A stretch of 64,000 bases of DNA from Sulfolobales archaeon HS-7 (GCA_019704295.1 AP024596.1:320001-384000); one strand, 5' to 3'; shown: positions 38,850 through 50,159, counted from the stretch's first letter. The notes: generated by a model not told the origin, from the letters alone. Program-made: numbers and translations.

Positions 38850-40088
38850 ATGGAAGTTTCCATAGAGAGGGAATTCGAAAGGAATTTTCAAGCAAAGTTC
38901 ATAACGCTTCCAGGAGAACTTGAGAAAGCTTCAAGCGCCCCTTACCTCGTATCACCTGTAATATCGAGAATGGGGAAAAAGGCTATAGGGCTAATTAAGG
39001 CTGAATGTGATGAGGACGTCTTGAATGTAATAAGATTATGCAATAGGTATAGAATTCCGCTAGTTGCTAGAGGTAACGGGACATCAACTATAGGACAGGT
39101 GATCCCGTTGAGGGAGTCAATCGTCATAGACGTTAATCAACTTAACAAAGAAATTTCTGCTAATGATACCTCAATTCGGCTATCACCTGGAGTTAGGGTT
39201 AAGGATGCGTTAAATTACCTTAGAAAAAGGGGAAAGGAACTAAGGGTATATCCGAGTAGCTTCTACATTTCTACTATAGGAGGATACGTGGCGGGAGGGG
39301 ATGTGGGAATAGGTTCGTATCAATACGGTTATTACTTCGATAACCACGGAGTACTTCGAGCTACAGTAGCTGGAGTTAACGGTAAGGAAGAACTCTCTGG
39401 AAGTAAAGTATTAGGGATTGCACAGGCTGCCGGGGCGAACGGGATCGTATTAAGCGTTGACCTGCCAATTATTGACGTTGAAGAATGGCGAGATCAGATA
39501 CTAAGTTTTGATTCCCTGCATGATGTCGTCAACTTTCTCAAAAACGCTGAGAACTTCAGGGAGAAAATAAGGAGAATAACAATTGAGGATTTCGCTACTC
39601 TGTCCATTGTATCAGGTGGAAGAGTTAATGAACTTAAAGAGTGGAATGTAATAGTCGCTTCTGTTTTGGACTTTGGAAGGGAAGTTGAACTCAAGTTCCT
39701 GGACGAATTAGCATTTGCCGCAATTTATGTCACCCTAAGTAGACTTACTAAGTTTACCCAATATTTTTACGAGGTTAGACTTTTAAACCTCCCCAGCTTT
39801 CTCTCCGTAGTAAGCCAGGTAAAAAAGGCACTAGGTAATAGCGTCTTAATTCACGGCGACGTCATGACGCTTAGGAAGGAGACAGTAGTTTACACCGTAT
39901 TTGTATCGGAAAGGAACAACTTCCCATTAATTGACGAGATCATGAGGAAGGAGGGGATTCCCTTTGAGATTCACTCAGTCGAGGTTAATGATAGGGTAGA
40001 TGAACCTTGGAGACTTGAGCTGATGAAATCTCTAAAGAAGGAATTAGATCCTCACGACATATTTAATCCAGGGAAGTTGAGAATATGA
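38850..40088 (+). CDS. FAD-binding oxidoreductase (VAO/GlcD-like)
   Basis: PLVARGNGTS, STIGGYVAGG, DPHDIFNPGK; ATG 38850 lies ~25 nt after TTTAAA. Confidence 0.85.
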   Translation: MEVSIEREFERNFQAKFITLPGELEKASSAPYLVSPVISRMGKKAIGLIKAECDEDVLNVIRLCNRYRIPLVARGNGTSTIGQVIPLRESIVIDVNQLNKEISANDTSIRLSPGVRVKDALNYLRKRGKELRVYPSSFYISTIGGYVAGGDVGIGSYQYGYYFDNHGVLRATVAGVNGKEELSGSKVLGIAQAAGANGIVLSVDLPIIDVEEWRDQILSFDSLHDVVNFLKNAENFREKIRRITIEDFATLSIVSGGRVNELKEWNVIVASVLDFGREVELKFLDELAFAAIYVTLSRLTKFTQYFYEVRLLNLPSFLSVVSQVKKALGNSVLIHGDVMTLRKETVVYTVFVSERNNFPLIDEIMRKEGIPFEIHSVEVNDRVDEPWRLELMKSLKKELDPHDIFNPGKLRI

Positions 40089-40966
40089 TCCTTCGTTCCA
40101 TGATGAACGTAATAGAATTGCTAGAGTCCTCCGAACCTATAGACGCTCTGAAAAAGGAGATTCCAGGATTACAGGTAATGGAAAAGGGGGAGGTCTCATT
40201 TATTAAATACAAGTACGGTGATGGTAAGCCCATTGAAATATTGGGTAGACTAGGTGCGGTCCAAATGAAGGGTGAATACGGTTTAGTTTCTGATGCTGAC
40301 GGGGCGATCGTGGCATTAACTGTTCTGCTCGAACTACTTAACCTTAAGAGAAAGGGGATCTCGATACCAGGTTCTGTTGTCATATCTACGAGTATATCAC
40401 TAGATGCCGGACTAATTGAACATAAGCCCTTTAAGTTCATGGTACCAAAAATAGGGTTAGAGGACGCGTTACCTATAGAGGTAGAAAGGGACGCTGAGCT
40501 AGTGATATCAGTCGATTCAACGAAGGGAAACAACCTAGTGAAATTCGACGATTTCGCATTGACTCACGTTGTATTTGGCGGGTATTTGTTAAGACTTAGG
40601 GATGAAGTCATAGAGCTATACAAAAGGGTAACTGGGCACGAAATATATATGCTAGCCCTCACTACTGGGGATCTCACACCAATGGAGTTTAAGGTAAATC
40701 ACGTAAGCACTCTTGTGACACCATGGTTATATACGAACTCACCCCTCATTGGTTTGGCTACAGTATCTAAACAGGTTATTCCAGGTTACGTCACAGGTGT
40801 TCAGGACTTTCTCATGCTGGAAAGGTCGGCTCGCTTCTGTCTAGAAATGATAAAGTATGTGGGAAAAGGAGGTAAGGTATATTATGAGGAGGAATTATCT
40901 GAATTACTCAGCAAGTTAGGGGATAACGAATTGGCGAAACTGAGGAGGGAACGTGGAATACCTTGA
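40085..40966 (+). CDS. DUF1177 family protein
   Basis: ILGRLGA...GLVSDADGAIVAL, SVDSTKGN motifs recalled for DUF1177; 4-nt overlap with the upstream gene. Confidence 0.75.
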   Translation: MILRSMMNVIELLESSEPIDALKKEIPGLQVMEKGEVSFIKYKYGDGKPIEILGRLGAVQMKGEYGLVSDADGAIVALTVLLELLNLKRKGISIPGSVVISTSISLDAGLIEHKPFKFMVPKIGLEDALPIEVERDAELVISVDSTKGNNLVKFDDFALTHVVFGGYLLRLRDEVIELYKRVTGHEIYMLALTTGDLTPMEFKVNHVSTLVTPWLYTNSPLIGLATVSKQVIPGYVTGVQDFLMLERSARFCLEMIKYVGKGGKVYYEEELSELLSKLGDNELAKLRRERGIP

Positions 40967-42119
40967 CATACTTAAGGATCTAATTGAAATACCTACGTAT
41001 AATCCACCTGGAGTTAACTACTGGAAAATCTCAAACTACCTTCTCTCTCGCCTTAAAGAGGCCGGTTTTGACGTAAGTCTAATGGAGATTCCTGAGACAG
41101 AACTCAATTCCAAATACGTCTATTCCCCTCTTCATAAGGGAAATCCTAGGTATGTAGTATTAGCAAGAAGGGGAGAAGGTAAACCTGTTCTACATTTTAA
41201 CGCGCATTACGACACTGTTCCTGCAGGTGATGGGTGGGAACATGACCCATTTTCAGCTACCGTGATTGACGGGAAGTGCTTCGGAAGAGGTACAGCTGAC
41301 GTGAAAGGAGGAATCTCAGCCATCTTAGAGACAGTTAAGACGGAATTTTCAGGCACACTTGAGGTATCATTCGTTCCTGATGAGGAAAGTGGAGGACTCG
41401 GCACTTCCTACTTAATGGAGAAGATACCTCCTCCAGATTTTGCGATTTTAGCAGAGCCCAGCTTTCCCAACCTTTTCATAGGACATAAGGGAATTCTCAG
41501 AGGAACGATAACCGTTCTGGGTCAACAAGCTCACTGTAGTAGACCGTGGTTAGGTCTTAACGCATTTACCGAGGGAAGTAAGTTCGCACTTCTTTTTCTA
41601 CAGAAATATGAGAAAATCCTAAGAACAAAGACTACTGCGTATGAAACTGAGGTGGAAAAGGATAAATATCCTTCAATTAACATTGGAGGCATTACCAGTA
41701 GTTCACCTGGTAACGACGGGGTAGTTCCCTCAAAGTTTGAATTTTCTTTTGTGAGGATGACGCTACCTGAGGAGTCCGAACCTAAGGAGGAAATAGTTAA
41801 AATCGGGGATGAAATTGGGAAGGAATTACACCTAAACTATCGCTTAACTTTCAAGTCTTATTCACCAGGAATGGTCGAAATTTCCCCATTCACGAACCTG
41901 GCTTACGAATGTGCTAAGAAAGTGATTAATGACAATATTAGGGAATTAGTAGCGCCGTTAAGATATGATGGTTACTTCTACAGGGCTAAGGGAACGCATA
42001 CAGTTAACTTTGGTCCAGGAAGACTTGAGAACGCTCATGCAGTTAACGAATATGTTTCGCTGAGGGAGATCGAATTATCAATCCTTGTTTACCAATGCAT
42101 AATGAAGAAGATCTTGTAA
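40953..42119 (+). CDS. M20 family metallopeptidase/deacylase (ArgE/DapE-like)
   Basis: HFNAHYDTVP, GRGTADVKGG, DEESGG, AEP, AHAVNEYV. Confidence 0.9.
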   Translation: MEYLDILKDLIEIPTYNPPGVNYWKISNYLLSRLKEAGFDVSLMEIPETELNSKYVYSPLHKGNPRYVVLARRGEGKPVLHFNAHYDTVPAGDGWEHDPFSATVIDGKCFGRGTADVKGGISAILETVKTEFSGTLEVSFVPDEESGGLGTSYLMEKIPPPDFAILAEPSFPNLFIGHKGILRGTITVLGQQAHCSRPWLGLNAFTEGSKFALLFLQKYEKILRTKTTAYETEVEKDKYPSINIGGITSSSPGNDGVVPSKFEFSFVRMTLPEESEPKEEIVKIGDEIGKELHLNYRLTFKSYSPGMVEISPFTNLAYECAKKVINDNIRELVAPLRYDGYFYRAKGTHTVNFGPGRLENAHAVNEYVSLREIELSILVYQCIMKKIL

Positions 42120-42265
42120 CGGGAGACGTTATCTTAATAACCCTCATAGATGAACTTTCTGTCACACCCTCCTAAGAGAGATCTTAGACATAACGATAAT
42201 AGCAATAAAAAGACGTTTTCAGCTCGGTTAACCCTTTATTTTAGTTTGTCCTTAACAATTCATTC

Positions 42266-42652
42266 ATGAATAGGGATATTGGTAAGTCTGCAGAAAGGGA
42301 ACTGGTTCATCTGCTGTCATCAATGGGGTTCAGGGCAGTGCGAATACCCACTTCAAATTCCTCTATGAATCCCCTTCCCGATGTTTTCGCCGTAAGGGGT
42401 GAACTTCTTTTAGCTTTTGAGGTGAAAAGCACATGGGAGAAAAAGCTTAAGATAAGAGAGATTCAAGTGGAAAAGGTCAGGGATTTCCTTTCACTTTTCC
42501 CTATGAGAGGGAGAGGAATAGTAGCAGTTAAATTCAAATCCATACATAAATGGAAGGGAATGCTAGTAGATGATTTAAATGAGGAAATAACTCTGATGAA
42601 TTCAAGAGACCTTATAGAACTCTTATCGGAGGAGGAACTACTCGTTCATTAA
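42266..42652 (+). CDS. hje: Holliday junction endonuclease Hje
   Basis: [14 protein letters not shown]...[15 protein letters not shown]...EVKSTW closely matches recalled Sulfolobus Hje. Confidence 0.88.
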   Translation: MNRDIGKSAERELVHLLSSMGFRAVRIPTSNSSMNPLPDVFAVRGELLLAFEVKSTWEKKLKIREIQVEKVRDFLSLFPMRGRGIVAVKFKSIHKWKGMLVDDLNEEITLMNSRDLIELLSEEELLVH

Positions 42653-43954
42653 TTTGTACGCTAATTCAACGTATTTATCTGGATTCATTATATCGTAAGG
42701 ATCTATTACTCTCTTTATTTGCATCATTATCTCTAGGACATCCCTCCCATTATGTTTAAGCACCTGCTCCTTTAGCAGATTAGCCTTCTGATAACCTATC
42801 CCGTGTTCTCCAGAAACCGAACCACCCATGTCAATAGCTATCCTCCCCACCTCTTCGAACAGCTTTTCCGGTTCCTTAACGGTATCAGCTATTATATTGG
42901 GATGTAAATTCCCATCACCTATGTGAGCAATTAAGGGCATTCTTACGTTCTCCCTCCTCTCAATTTCCTTTAATTTGATAATAGCGTCGGTCAATCTAGA
43001 TATTGGAACGACTATGTCCTCAACAATTATATTTGGACTTTCGGCCTTGAGGGCTAGAACAGCCTTGGCTCTAACCGAGTAAAGTTCGTCAGCTTCTTCT
43101 CCCTCCGCTATCTTAAGCTCAAGAGTCCTTCCCTGCAGGATATCTAGCATGTCCTTTACTGCGTCTTTACCCACTACAATTAACAATGCACCACCGTCGC
43201 TCTCCTTTAGATCCGCGTTCAAATGCTTATTTAATAGGCGGATAATGTCTCCGTCAATGTACTCCGCCAAATCAGGTAGGATTTTCCGCCTCCTCATCTC
43301 CGTTATAACAAATGCTGTATCCTCAAAGCTCCTCATGTAAGCTAATATGGTCTCGGTCGGTTCTCTGGGCTTGGGGATAAGTCTTAGCCAGATTTCAGTA
43401 ATAACTCCTAGCGTACCCTCAGAACCTACAAAGAGATGTACTAGATCGTACCCACCTCTATTCTTCCTCAGGGGTTCTCCGACTTTCACTACGTGACCGT
43501 TCGGGAGCACCACCTTAACTGCTAACACCCATTCCCTGAATGACCCATATTTTACCCCCCTCATTCCTCCAGATGAATTAGCTGTTGCTCCCCCCACAGT
43601 ACATAGGAAGAAACTAGCTGGGTCTGGAGGTAGGAAAAAACCCTTCGACTCCACCTCCTTAAATACCTTTTCTAGATTAACACCAGGTTGTACCCTCACG
43701 TACCAGTCTATGTCGTTGATCTCAAGGATTTTATTCATGTACTTCATGTCGATTAAAATACAACCGTCACATTTCAAATGACCTGAGAGACTTGTCCCTG
43801 CACCCCATGAAATAACTGGAATTCTTCTCTCCCTTGCGTAATTTACTATCTTAACTACTTCCTCTTCGTTCTTTGGATAATAAATGATAGAAGGTCTTAA
43901 CTTAATTCCTGTGAAGTCCTCTCTCTCCTCGACGTTATGCTCTATCTCATCCAA
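42638..43954 (-). CDS. FAD-linked 2-hydroxyacid dehydrogenase (GlcD/D-lactate/D-2-hydroxyglutarate dehydrogenase family)
   Basis: [45 protein letters not shown]. Confidence 0.9.
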   Translation of the reverse strand: MDEIEHNVEEREDFTGIKLRPSIIYYPKNEEEVVKIVNYARERRIPVISWGAGTSLSGHLKCDGCILIDMKYMNKILEINDIDWYVRVQPGVNLEKVFKEVESKGFFLPPDPASFFLCTVGGATANSSGGMRGVKYGSFREWVLAVKVVLPNGHVVKVGEPLRKNRGGYDLVHLFVGSEGTLGVITEIWLRLIPKPREPTETILAYMRSFEDTAFVITEMRRRKILPDLAEYIDGDIIRLLNKHLNADLKESDGGALLIVVGKDAVKDMLDILQGRTLELKIAEGEEADELYSVRAKAVLALKAESPNIIVEDIVVPISRLTDAIIKLKEIERRENVRMPLIAHIGDGNLHPNIIADTVKEPEKLFEEVGRIAIDMGGSVSGEHGIGYQKANLLKEQVLKHNGRDVLEIMMQIKRVIDPYDIMNPDKYVELAYKLMNE

Positions 43955-43964
43955 AATATCTATT

Positions 43965-45251
43965 TCACATCGCCTCTAAAAAGACCTGCTTGAGGTCGGC
44001 TTGCTTAATGTCCTTAGGACATAAGGAAAGCAACCTCTGTTGGGCTAAAGTACCGTCAACCAGAGGTTGCAAATCATCGTTTGAGAAGTCCAGTTCCTTG
44101 AGTGTTGTAGGCATACCCAAGTCTTGGAGGAGCTTAACGTAATACTCAAATATGTTGTCTGCAAGCTCCTTAACGTTCCCTGTGTAATTAAGCTCCAAAA
44201 GATCTGCTACTAACGCAAACTTCTCGTGGGCGTATGGTGTCAGGTACTTTAGGGCATAAGCTCCAGGTATAGCGGTGCTTACGCCATGAGGAACTATCGG
44301 ATAGCCGAACTCGTAGTCCTGAGGATACCACTTCCTTATCATCCCCGCTATGGGATATGCCATGGCGTGAGGTAGATGTACTCCAGCATGACCGAAACCC
44401 AGTCCAGCTATGGACGCACCGAGCATCATGTAATACCTGGCCTCAACGTCACTCGGATTAGCATAAGCCCTTCTTAAGTACTTATGAACCCACTGAATTG
44501 CGGCCGAAGCGAAGAGATCTCCTACAGGAGTAGAACCCGCATATACGGGTCTTTCCCCTGGATTCTTGTAAGCTGGTCTGGAGGTATAAGGCTTAGCAGT
44601 CAAGGACTCTATGGCGTGATTTAGAACGTCTAGTCCTGTTGAAGCTGTAACGCCAGGGGGAAGAGTTAAGGTAGTAAGGGGATCTACTAGGGCAACTGAG
44701 GGCTTCAAATATGGATTGCTAATCCCTGTCTTCACCCTCTTTGACTTAACGTCTAGTACGGCTACATTCGTCGCCTCACTTCCGGTACCAGCAGTGGTTG
44801 GTATTGCAATCAGCGGTCTTAAAGGTCCTGGAGGGTAACTTCCTTTTCCGATAGGCTTGTTTATGTACTCAAATATGTCCGCGGGGTAAGTATATAGCAA
44901 GTTGAGTATTTTTGCCGTATCTATAGTCGAGCCTCCTCCTAACGCAACGAATCCGTCAAATTGCTTATCCTTTATCTGCTTGTATGCTTTCACGATCTCC
45001 TCGTCATCTGGTTCGACGTGAACCTCATCAAGAAGTGTTACCTTTATTCCTTCGGCCTCAACGCTACTTACAACATCCTGAGTAAGTTTGGTTTCCTTAA
45101 GGGTTTTTCCAACTACTAGAAGGACGCTTTTCATCCCGAGGCGTTTTGCCTCGAATCCTACCTCGCCGCTAACACCTAGCCCGAATTTTATTTGTGGTAT
45201 GTTAATAGAAAAAACCGCGTCATTTAGAGGAGTTTTCACTAGATAGCTCAT
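43965..45251 (-). CDS. Hydroxyacid-oxoacid transhydrogenase (Fe-ADH family, HOT/ADHFE1-like)
   Basis: [33 protein letters not shown] insertion, [18 protein letters not shown]. Confidence 0.88.
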   Translation of the reverse strand: MSYLVKTPLNDAVFSINIPQIKFGLGVSGEVGFEAKRLGMKSVLLVVGKTLKETKLTQDVVSSVEAEGIKVTLLDEVHVEPDDEEIVKAYKQIKDKQFDGFVALGGGSTIDTAKILNLLYTYPADIFEYINKPIGKGSYPPGPLRPLIAIPTTAGTGSEATNVAVLDVKSKRVKTGISNPYLKPSVALVDPLTTLTLPPGVTASTGLDVLNHAIESLTAKPYTSRPAYKNPGERPVYAGSTPVGDLFASAAIQWVHKYLRRAYANPSDVEARYYMMLGASIAGLGFGHAGVHLPHAMAYPIAGMIRKWYPQDYEFGYPIVPHGVSTAIPGAYALKYLTPYAHEKFALVADLLELNYTGNVKELADNIFEYYVKLLQDLGMPTTLKELDFSNDDLQPLVDGTLAQQRLLSLCPKDIKQADLKQVFLEAM

Positions 45252-46063
45252 TAATCTATCGCCTTTCCCTTCGGATACTTATCCCAAAGCTTTGGATCGT
45301 GAGATATGACGAGTTTGGCCTTCCTTGACTTTTCAATTAACTTCAACTTCCTTATATAGGAGTGCCACTCATCGGCATCTCCCAAGAGCCAACCTTTTGC
45401 CTCAATCTCATGTTCCTCCGGTAAGTGGATGTAATCTCCAGTGAAGACGTATGTGCTCCCTGAATTGGTCTCCGCTATCATTACCTGGTGGCCTGGTGTA
45501 TGCCCTCCAGTAAACTCAAGCGTTATGCCGTCCATAAGTTCGAATTTCTTATCATCGATCGGGTGCCACGAGGCTCCCATTAGGGGAACGAGATCCGCCT
45601 GATCATAAGCTCCTCCCTTGCCCTGCCAAATCATAGAAAGGGCATACTCGAGTTCCCTCTTCTGTACTACAATTGGAACTTTATAATCCTTGAAAATTGC
45701 AGCCTGCCCTATATGGTCTAAATGAAGGTGAGAAATTACAATGAAGCTAATGTCTCCAGGGACTAGTCCAATATTAGCTAACTGCCTCTCAATGAAGTTG
45801 TCATCGTTGAATTTGGTTATCGGAAAGGCCTCCATTAATCCTGGGGCGTGGGTCTTCATGGCTAAAGGTGAGATCCCTGTATCAAATAAAACAACGCCGT
45901 CCTTATGCATCACTACAGCGGCAGTTACGGGAATTTCAACCCACGTTCTCTTAACATTCTTATTGGAGTTCGTTAGAGCACCTCCAGCAGCTCCCGGTAA
46001 GAACCAACCTAGATCTCCGCCCAACCACCCCAAATCCAATAGGTAGATTTTTTCCGCTTTCAT
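45251..46063 (-). CDS. Metallo-beta-lactamase-fold lactonase (AttM/AiiA family)
   Basis: SHLHLDHIG (HxHxDH), GHTPGHQ, GDY, SHD. Confidence 0.88.
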   Translation of the reverse strand: MKAEKIYLLDLGWLGGDLGWFLPGAAGGALTNSNKNVKRTWVEIPVTAAVVMHKDGVVLFDTGISPLAMKTHAPGLMEAFPITKFNDDNFIERQLANIGLVPGDISFIVISHLHLDHIGQAAIFKDYKVPIVVQKRELEYALSMIWQGKGGAYDQADLVPLMGASWHPIDDKKFELMDGITLEFTGGHTPGHQVMIAETNSGSTYVFTGDYIHLPEEHEIEAKGWLLGDADEWHSYIRKLKLIEKSRKAKLVISHDPKLWDKYPKGKAID

Positions 46064-46332
46064 TTGGGATAAAGTATTGTATTTTTATATAAAACTTTTT
46101 TCAACCTTTTTTCCGTGGTTAAATATTGTGATGAGACTGTATTGAGACCTCCTGTAGGTCCTTTGAATTTTTAGACTTACGAATAGTAACTACTGCATAG
46201 AGAACCTTTATCCCCTAATTAATCGGCAGATATAAAAATCTCCTTAATAATATCCCACTACCTCTATAAATCCTTAAAATGTAATCCTCAACTCAGTTCA
46301 AACTCTTATTCCTAAAATGCGTGTACTGTCCA

Positions 46333-48282
46333 ATGAGATTTCCAAAAGGGAATGGAATTCCGATAGGGGCATTAGGAACTGGTAAGATCGACTTCTTCGA
46401 AGACCTTACAGCAGGAAACATTACTATCGTTAACAACTGGTCGTCACCAATAAGGCAGTTAAGGGGATTTCACATTTACGATATGTCAACAGGCAAGTTC
46501 CTACAACTCGATCCCTATAGATATTCCGAACATAAAAGAGAAGTAAGAACAGCTAAATTAGTTAATGTAGATGCGGTGTTTCCAGAGGTAAAATATAAGT
46601 TCACTGAACCTGAACTCACTGTAAGGATTTTTTCCCCTCTGATACAAGGAGACTTGAAGAACTCCTCAATACCTGGAGTGGTTTTCGAGTTCTCGGGGAA
46701 GGGGGAGATTGCCCTATCCTTTCCAAACATCGTGGGAAGCAGGAGATGGGGAAGAAGGAACACATTGATATCAGGGAAATTAAGCGGTGTGTTTTTCGAG
46801 AACGAGAGGTCGGTGAATTCAGATCCCGCCTACGGGAACGCCTTCTTGGGATGTAACGGATGTAGAGGGTTCACGGGATACAGAAACTGGATCCCATCAG
46901 AAATGGAGGGAATGATTGAGGACCTTTCAGTATTTGACAAGACAAGGGATCTGACGTCACCGGAAATTTACAGAATAGAGAAGTACGCTAGAGAGGAAAT
47001 CTCCGGTATCGTATGGAAGAAAATTAACGGTACCGAGAGGTTTTACCTTACCTGGTTCTTCAATGGTAGACCCCATAATTACCCTTACGGTCACTATTAC
47101 GAGAACTTCTTCTCTAACTCACTAGAAGTAGCGGAGTACCTGGACGAAAACCACCTTGACGTAAGGCTTCCTAGTGTTGAAGGTTGGCTAAACGACGCTT
47201 ACAGGAACTCCTCTTATGTACTAACCTACAGCTGGCTTACAAAGGACGGAAGGTTCGCGGTATATGAGGATCCAGAGATTTCGCTTTTGATGAACACTAT
47301 AGGTTCTATGACGTGGGATTCCCTTTCATTTCTGCTTCTGGACCTTTACCCGGAACTCGTTGAAAAGATGGATGAGTACATGGTTAACTTCACGAGGCAT
47401 GGGGAAGCACCTCACGACCTCGGGGAAGAGAGCATAGAGGATCCTATTTACGGGGCGTCATTCCCTTACTCATGGAATGATCTAGGTCCAACCTTAATTC
47501 TCATGCTTTATAGAGACTACCTTCACACCAAGAGAAAGGATTTCCTGAAGAGGGTATACCCTAAGATGAGGGAGATCCTAGACTGGTTGATCGCTAAGGA
47601 TCGGGATGGCGACGGAGTTCCTGACTCAAACGGAGGCTTTGATAACTCATATGATGGGACTTACATGTATGGCGCGTCTTCTTACATCGCCTCTTTGTTC
47701 GGATGCGCGCTAAAGGCAACCATTTCCGCAAGTAACGAGATGGGAGACGATAGCTCCAAATATGAGGAATTTCTGGAAAGGACAAGAAATACCTTAAATA
47801 CACTTTGGAACGGAAAGTACTTTGTCGCTTGGAGAGATGAGAACGGGGTGCATAATACTAGTCTAAATTCTCAGATCCTTGGGGAGTTCTGGTGTAAAGT
47901 ACTTGGACTAGGTTACGTTACTGATAGAGAGAAAGTTCTGAAAGCCCTCCATTCCATATATGAGTTAAATTACAAGGCTTCGGAATACTGTACTGTGAAT
48001 TCCGTAGCGGAGGATGGAGAAATAGATATGTCAACGGATCAAATGAAGTCCTGCTGGCCTAGAATTAATTTCACTCTTGCCTCTCACATGATCTTTGAGG
48101 GGATGACCGAGGAGGGGCTTAATTTGGCCAAGAGGGAGTGGGAAACTATTTCCACGAGGTATCCGTGGAATCAGCCCTCAAAGATAGACGCCTTTAATGG
48201 GGAGAGGTTCGGACTTCCTTATTATATTGGAAGTAGTGTAGTGTATTTGGTCACAAAAGCGATCTTACAAAGGTTCAAGTAA
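46333..48282 (+). CDS. GH116 glycoside hydrolase (beta-glucosidase/xylosidase-like)
   Basis: GIPIGALGTG, APHDLG, DRDGDGVPD, DNSYD, SQILG; start placed at ATG 46333. Confidence 0.88.
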   Translation: MRFPKGNGIPIGALGTGKIDFFEDLTAGNITIVNNWSSPIRQLRGFHIYDMSTGKFLQLDPYRYSEHKREVRTAKLVNVDAVFPEVKYKFTEPELTVRIFSPLIQGDLKNSSIPGVVFEFSGKGEIALSFPNIVGSRRWGRRNTLISGKLSGVFFENERSVNSDPAYGNAFLGCNGCRGFTGYRNWIPSEMEGMIEDLSVFDKTRDLTSPEIYRIEKYAREEISGIVWKKINGTERFYLTWFFNGRPHNYPYGHYYENFFSNSLEVAEYLDENHLDVRLPSVEGWLNDAYRNSSYVLTYSWLTKDGRFAVYEDPEISLLMNTIGSMTWDSLSFLLLDLYPELVEKMDEYMVNFTRHGEAPHDLGEESIEDPIYGASFPYSWNDLGPTLILMLYRDYLHTKRKDFLKRVYPKMREILDWLIAKDRDGDGVPDSNGGFDNSYDGTYMYGASSYIASLFGCALKATISASNEMGDDSSKYEEFLERTRNTLNTLWNGKYFVAWRDENGVHNTSLNSQILGEFWCKVLGLGYVTDREKVLKALHSIYELNYKASEYCTVNSVAEDGEIDMSTDQMKSCWPRINFTLASHMIFEGMTEEGLNLAKREWETISTRYPWNQPSKIDAFNGERFGLPYYIGSSVVYLVTKAILQRFK

Positions 48283-48710
48283 ATCAAGCCCCCATTAACT
48301 ATCCTTTCTTATTAAACCTTATTCGTATTTCCTTTATTAGATTTTTTATCTGCTTCAATAATAGTTTTTGCTTCTAATTTTATAACCAAATTATAATTGA
48401 AAATCCTTAATTGCTTTACACTGGGCAATTCAGGTTTCCATTTCGAATTGTAATTATTGCAAACAGTGATTAAATAAAGGAAATTATTAAGTGCGAATCC
48501 CTACTTGGTCTATATGATGGAACTCAATTAAATTCGTTTTATTTTTCTAAATAAACTGAATTCGCGATGAACGAGTGAACGGCCCTTTACACTAAGTATT
48601 GATTAATCTAATCAAATTCATAAAAGTTAGAAAATAATTATCATTGTTATAGTATTATTGCGGTTGTTACGCTCATCATGGTTTATAACTATAGCAGAGA
48701 AAATCTACAT

Positions 48711-49559
48711 ATGGAACTGAGAAGTGACGAATTGAAAGACATAAAGGATGCAATAAGTAAGCTTGCGGAGGCTCAGTTAAAGTCGGAGGAAGAGATCAGG
48801 AAATTAGGAACCAGTATGAGTAAGTTGGAGGAAACTGTGGTCAAGCTTGCGGAGGCGCAGAGGAGGACAGAGGAGAGGCTTAACGAACTTGCTGAGGTGC
48901 AGAAGCGTAGTGAGGAGAGACTTACTAAGTTGGAGGAAACTGTGGTCAAGCTTGCGGAGGCGCAGAGGAGGACAGAGGAGAGGCTTAACGAACTTGCTGA
49001 GGTGCAGAAGCGTAGTGAGGAGAGACTTACTAAGTTGGAGGAAACTGTGGTCAAGCTTGCGGAGGCGCAGAGGAGGACAGAGGAGAGCTTGGATGAATTA
49101 GCCCGTGTAGTAGCAAACCTATCAACTAAGGTGGAAAGTCTTAACAAAACCGTTAGTAGCATAGGGCAAAGATGGGGCGTAGATTACGAGGAACTCATTA
49201 GAGCCTTCTTTCAGGACTTCGCTAAAAGAGAGGGGCTAGATTTCACATACTTAGATAAGTTCACTTACAAGGATGAAGAGGGTAAATACGGTAAAAAGGG
49301 TAAAGTATATGAAATGGATATACTCGCCAAAAATGACAAGCTCTACCTTATCGAGATTAAATCGTTCGTAGAGGAAGACGACATTGAATGGTTCGATACA
49401 AAAAGCGACATTATAATAAAAGTCCTTAATGCAAGAAATCCCGTAAAGTTAATTCTGGGAGTAAATGTCACTGATGATGCAGTTAAAGCCGCTGAGGGCT
49501 TAGGCATAAAGTTAGTTTATGGGAACGTAATAGAGGTAAAAAGAAAGGAGAAGAAATAG
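48711..49559 (+). CDS. Coiled-coil protein with C-terminal PD-(D/E)XK nuclease domain (paralog of 25160-26173)
   Basis: LAEAQRRTEERL repeats; RWG..YEE...YEMDILAKNDKLYLIEIKS; ATG 48711 has TTTATAA ~28 nt upstream. Confidence 0.85.
   Translation: MELRSDELKDIKDAISKLAEAQLKSEEEIRKLGTSMSKLEETVVKLAEAQRRTEERLNELAEVQKRSEERLTKLEETVVKLAEAQRRTEERLNELAEVQKRSEERLTKLEETVVKLAEAQRRTEESLDELARVVANLSTKVESLNKTVSSIGQRWGVDYEELIRAFFQDFAKREGLDFTYLDKFTYKDEEGKYGKKGKVYEMDILAKNDKLYLIEIKSFVEEDDIEWFDTKSDIIIKVLNARNPVKLILGVNVTDDAVKAAEGLGIKLVYGNVIEVKRKEKK
48821..49087. repeat. Intragenic perfect tandem repeat, 105-bp unit, ~2.5 copies
   Basis: TAAGTTGGAGGAAACTGTGG at 48821, 48926, 49031; 35-aa (5-heptad) unit. Confidence 0.95.
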
Positions 49560-50159
49560 GTAGAAGAATACTTCTAGGATCTATGGAAGGCCTCATTAGA
49601 TTTTTATGAAACTGTCTTTGGGGTAGGAAGACCTTAGTGTATCAATATTAAACAAGTAAGAGTTCTAATATACTAAATATACTAAATATGGTATAGAATC
49701 CTTAAATGGGTGATAATTCCTGAATTGGTTACGAAACTACTCTTCTCAACGATTTTGAGAGAGACTTTGAGATAAACTCCTTATTTTTTGGGGGTACTCC
49801 TTATACTTTCGGTTTTACGAAGTCTCTTTTCAGGGCTGCTAAGGGGTCGCTGAAATTAAAGGCACCATCGCTTTTTACTGTGAACACAAAGTCCCTTACA
49901 AATGGCGAAATACTGTGAACGGGAGTCGAAGTTAACATCTCTAGCATTTTACCTGATATTACGGACAATTATTGACTGTTGAGATGTTCCGCATTACGTT
50001 ACAACTAACAATCATTGTTAGGCTTAACAGTTCAGTGAAATTCCTTTTCTCATTTAGAGCACTAACCTGGTCCTAAACTTGAATGGGATATTTTATTGGG
50101 ATCATTCCTTAACTAAATCAATATAAATAAGGATTAATACTACTGCACTAAATAGGTAC

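Noticed and set aside
42266-42652. Hje as part of a mobile or defence module
   Set aside because: Known chromosomal Sulfolobales resolvase; neighbours are metabolic genes
48300-48500. ~60-codon open frame on the minus strand in an AT-rich spacer
   Set aside because: No plausible start near its 5' end and no recognisable motif
48773-49162. Repetitive alternative-frame ORFs (48773-49162 -, 48847-49101 +)
   Set aside because: Shadows of the tandem repeat in the real gene
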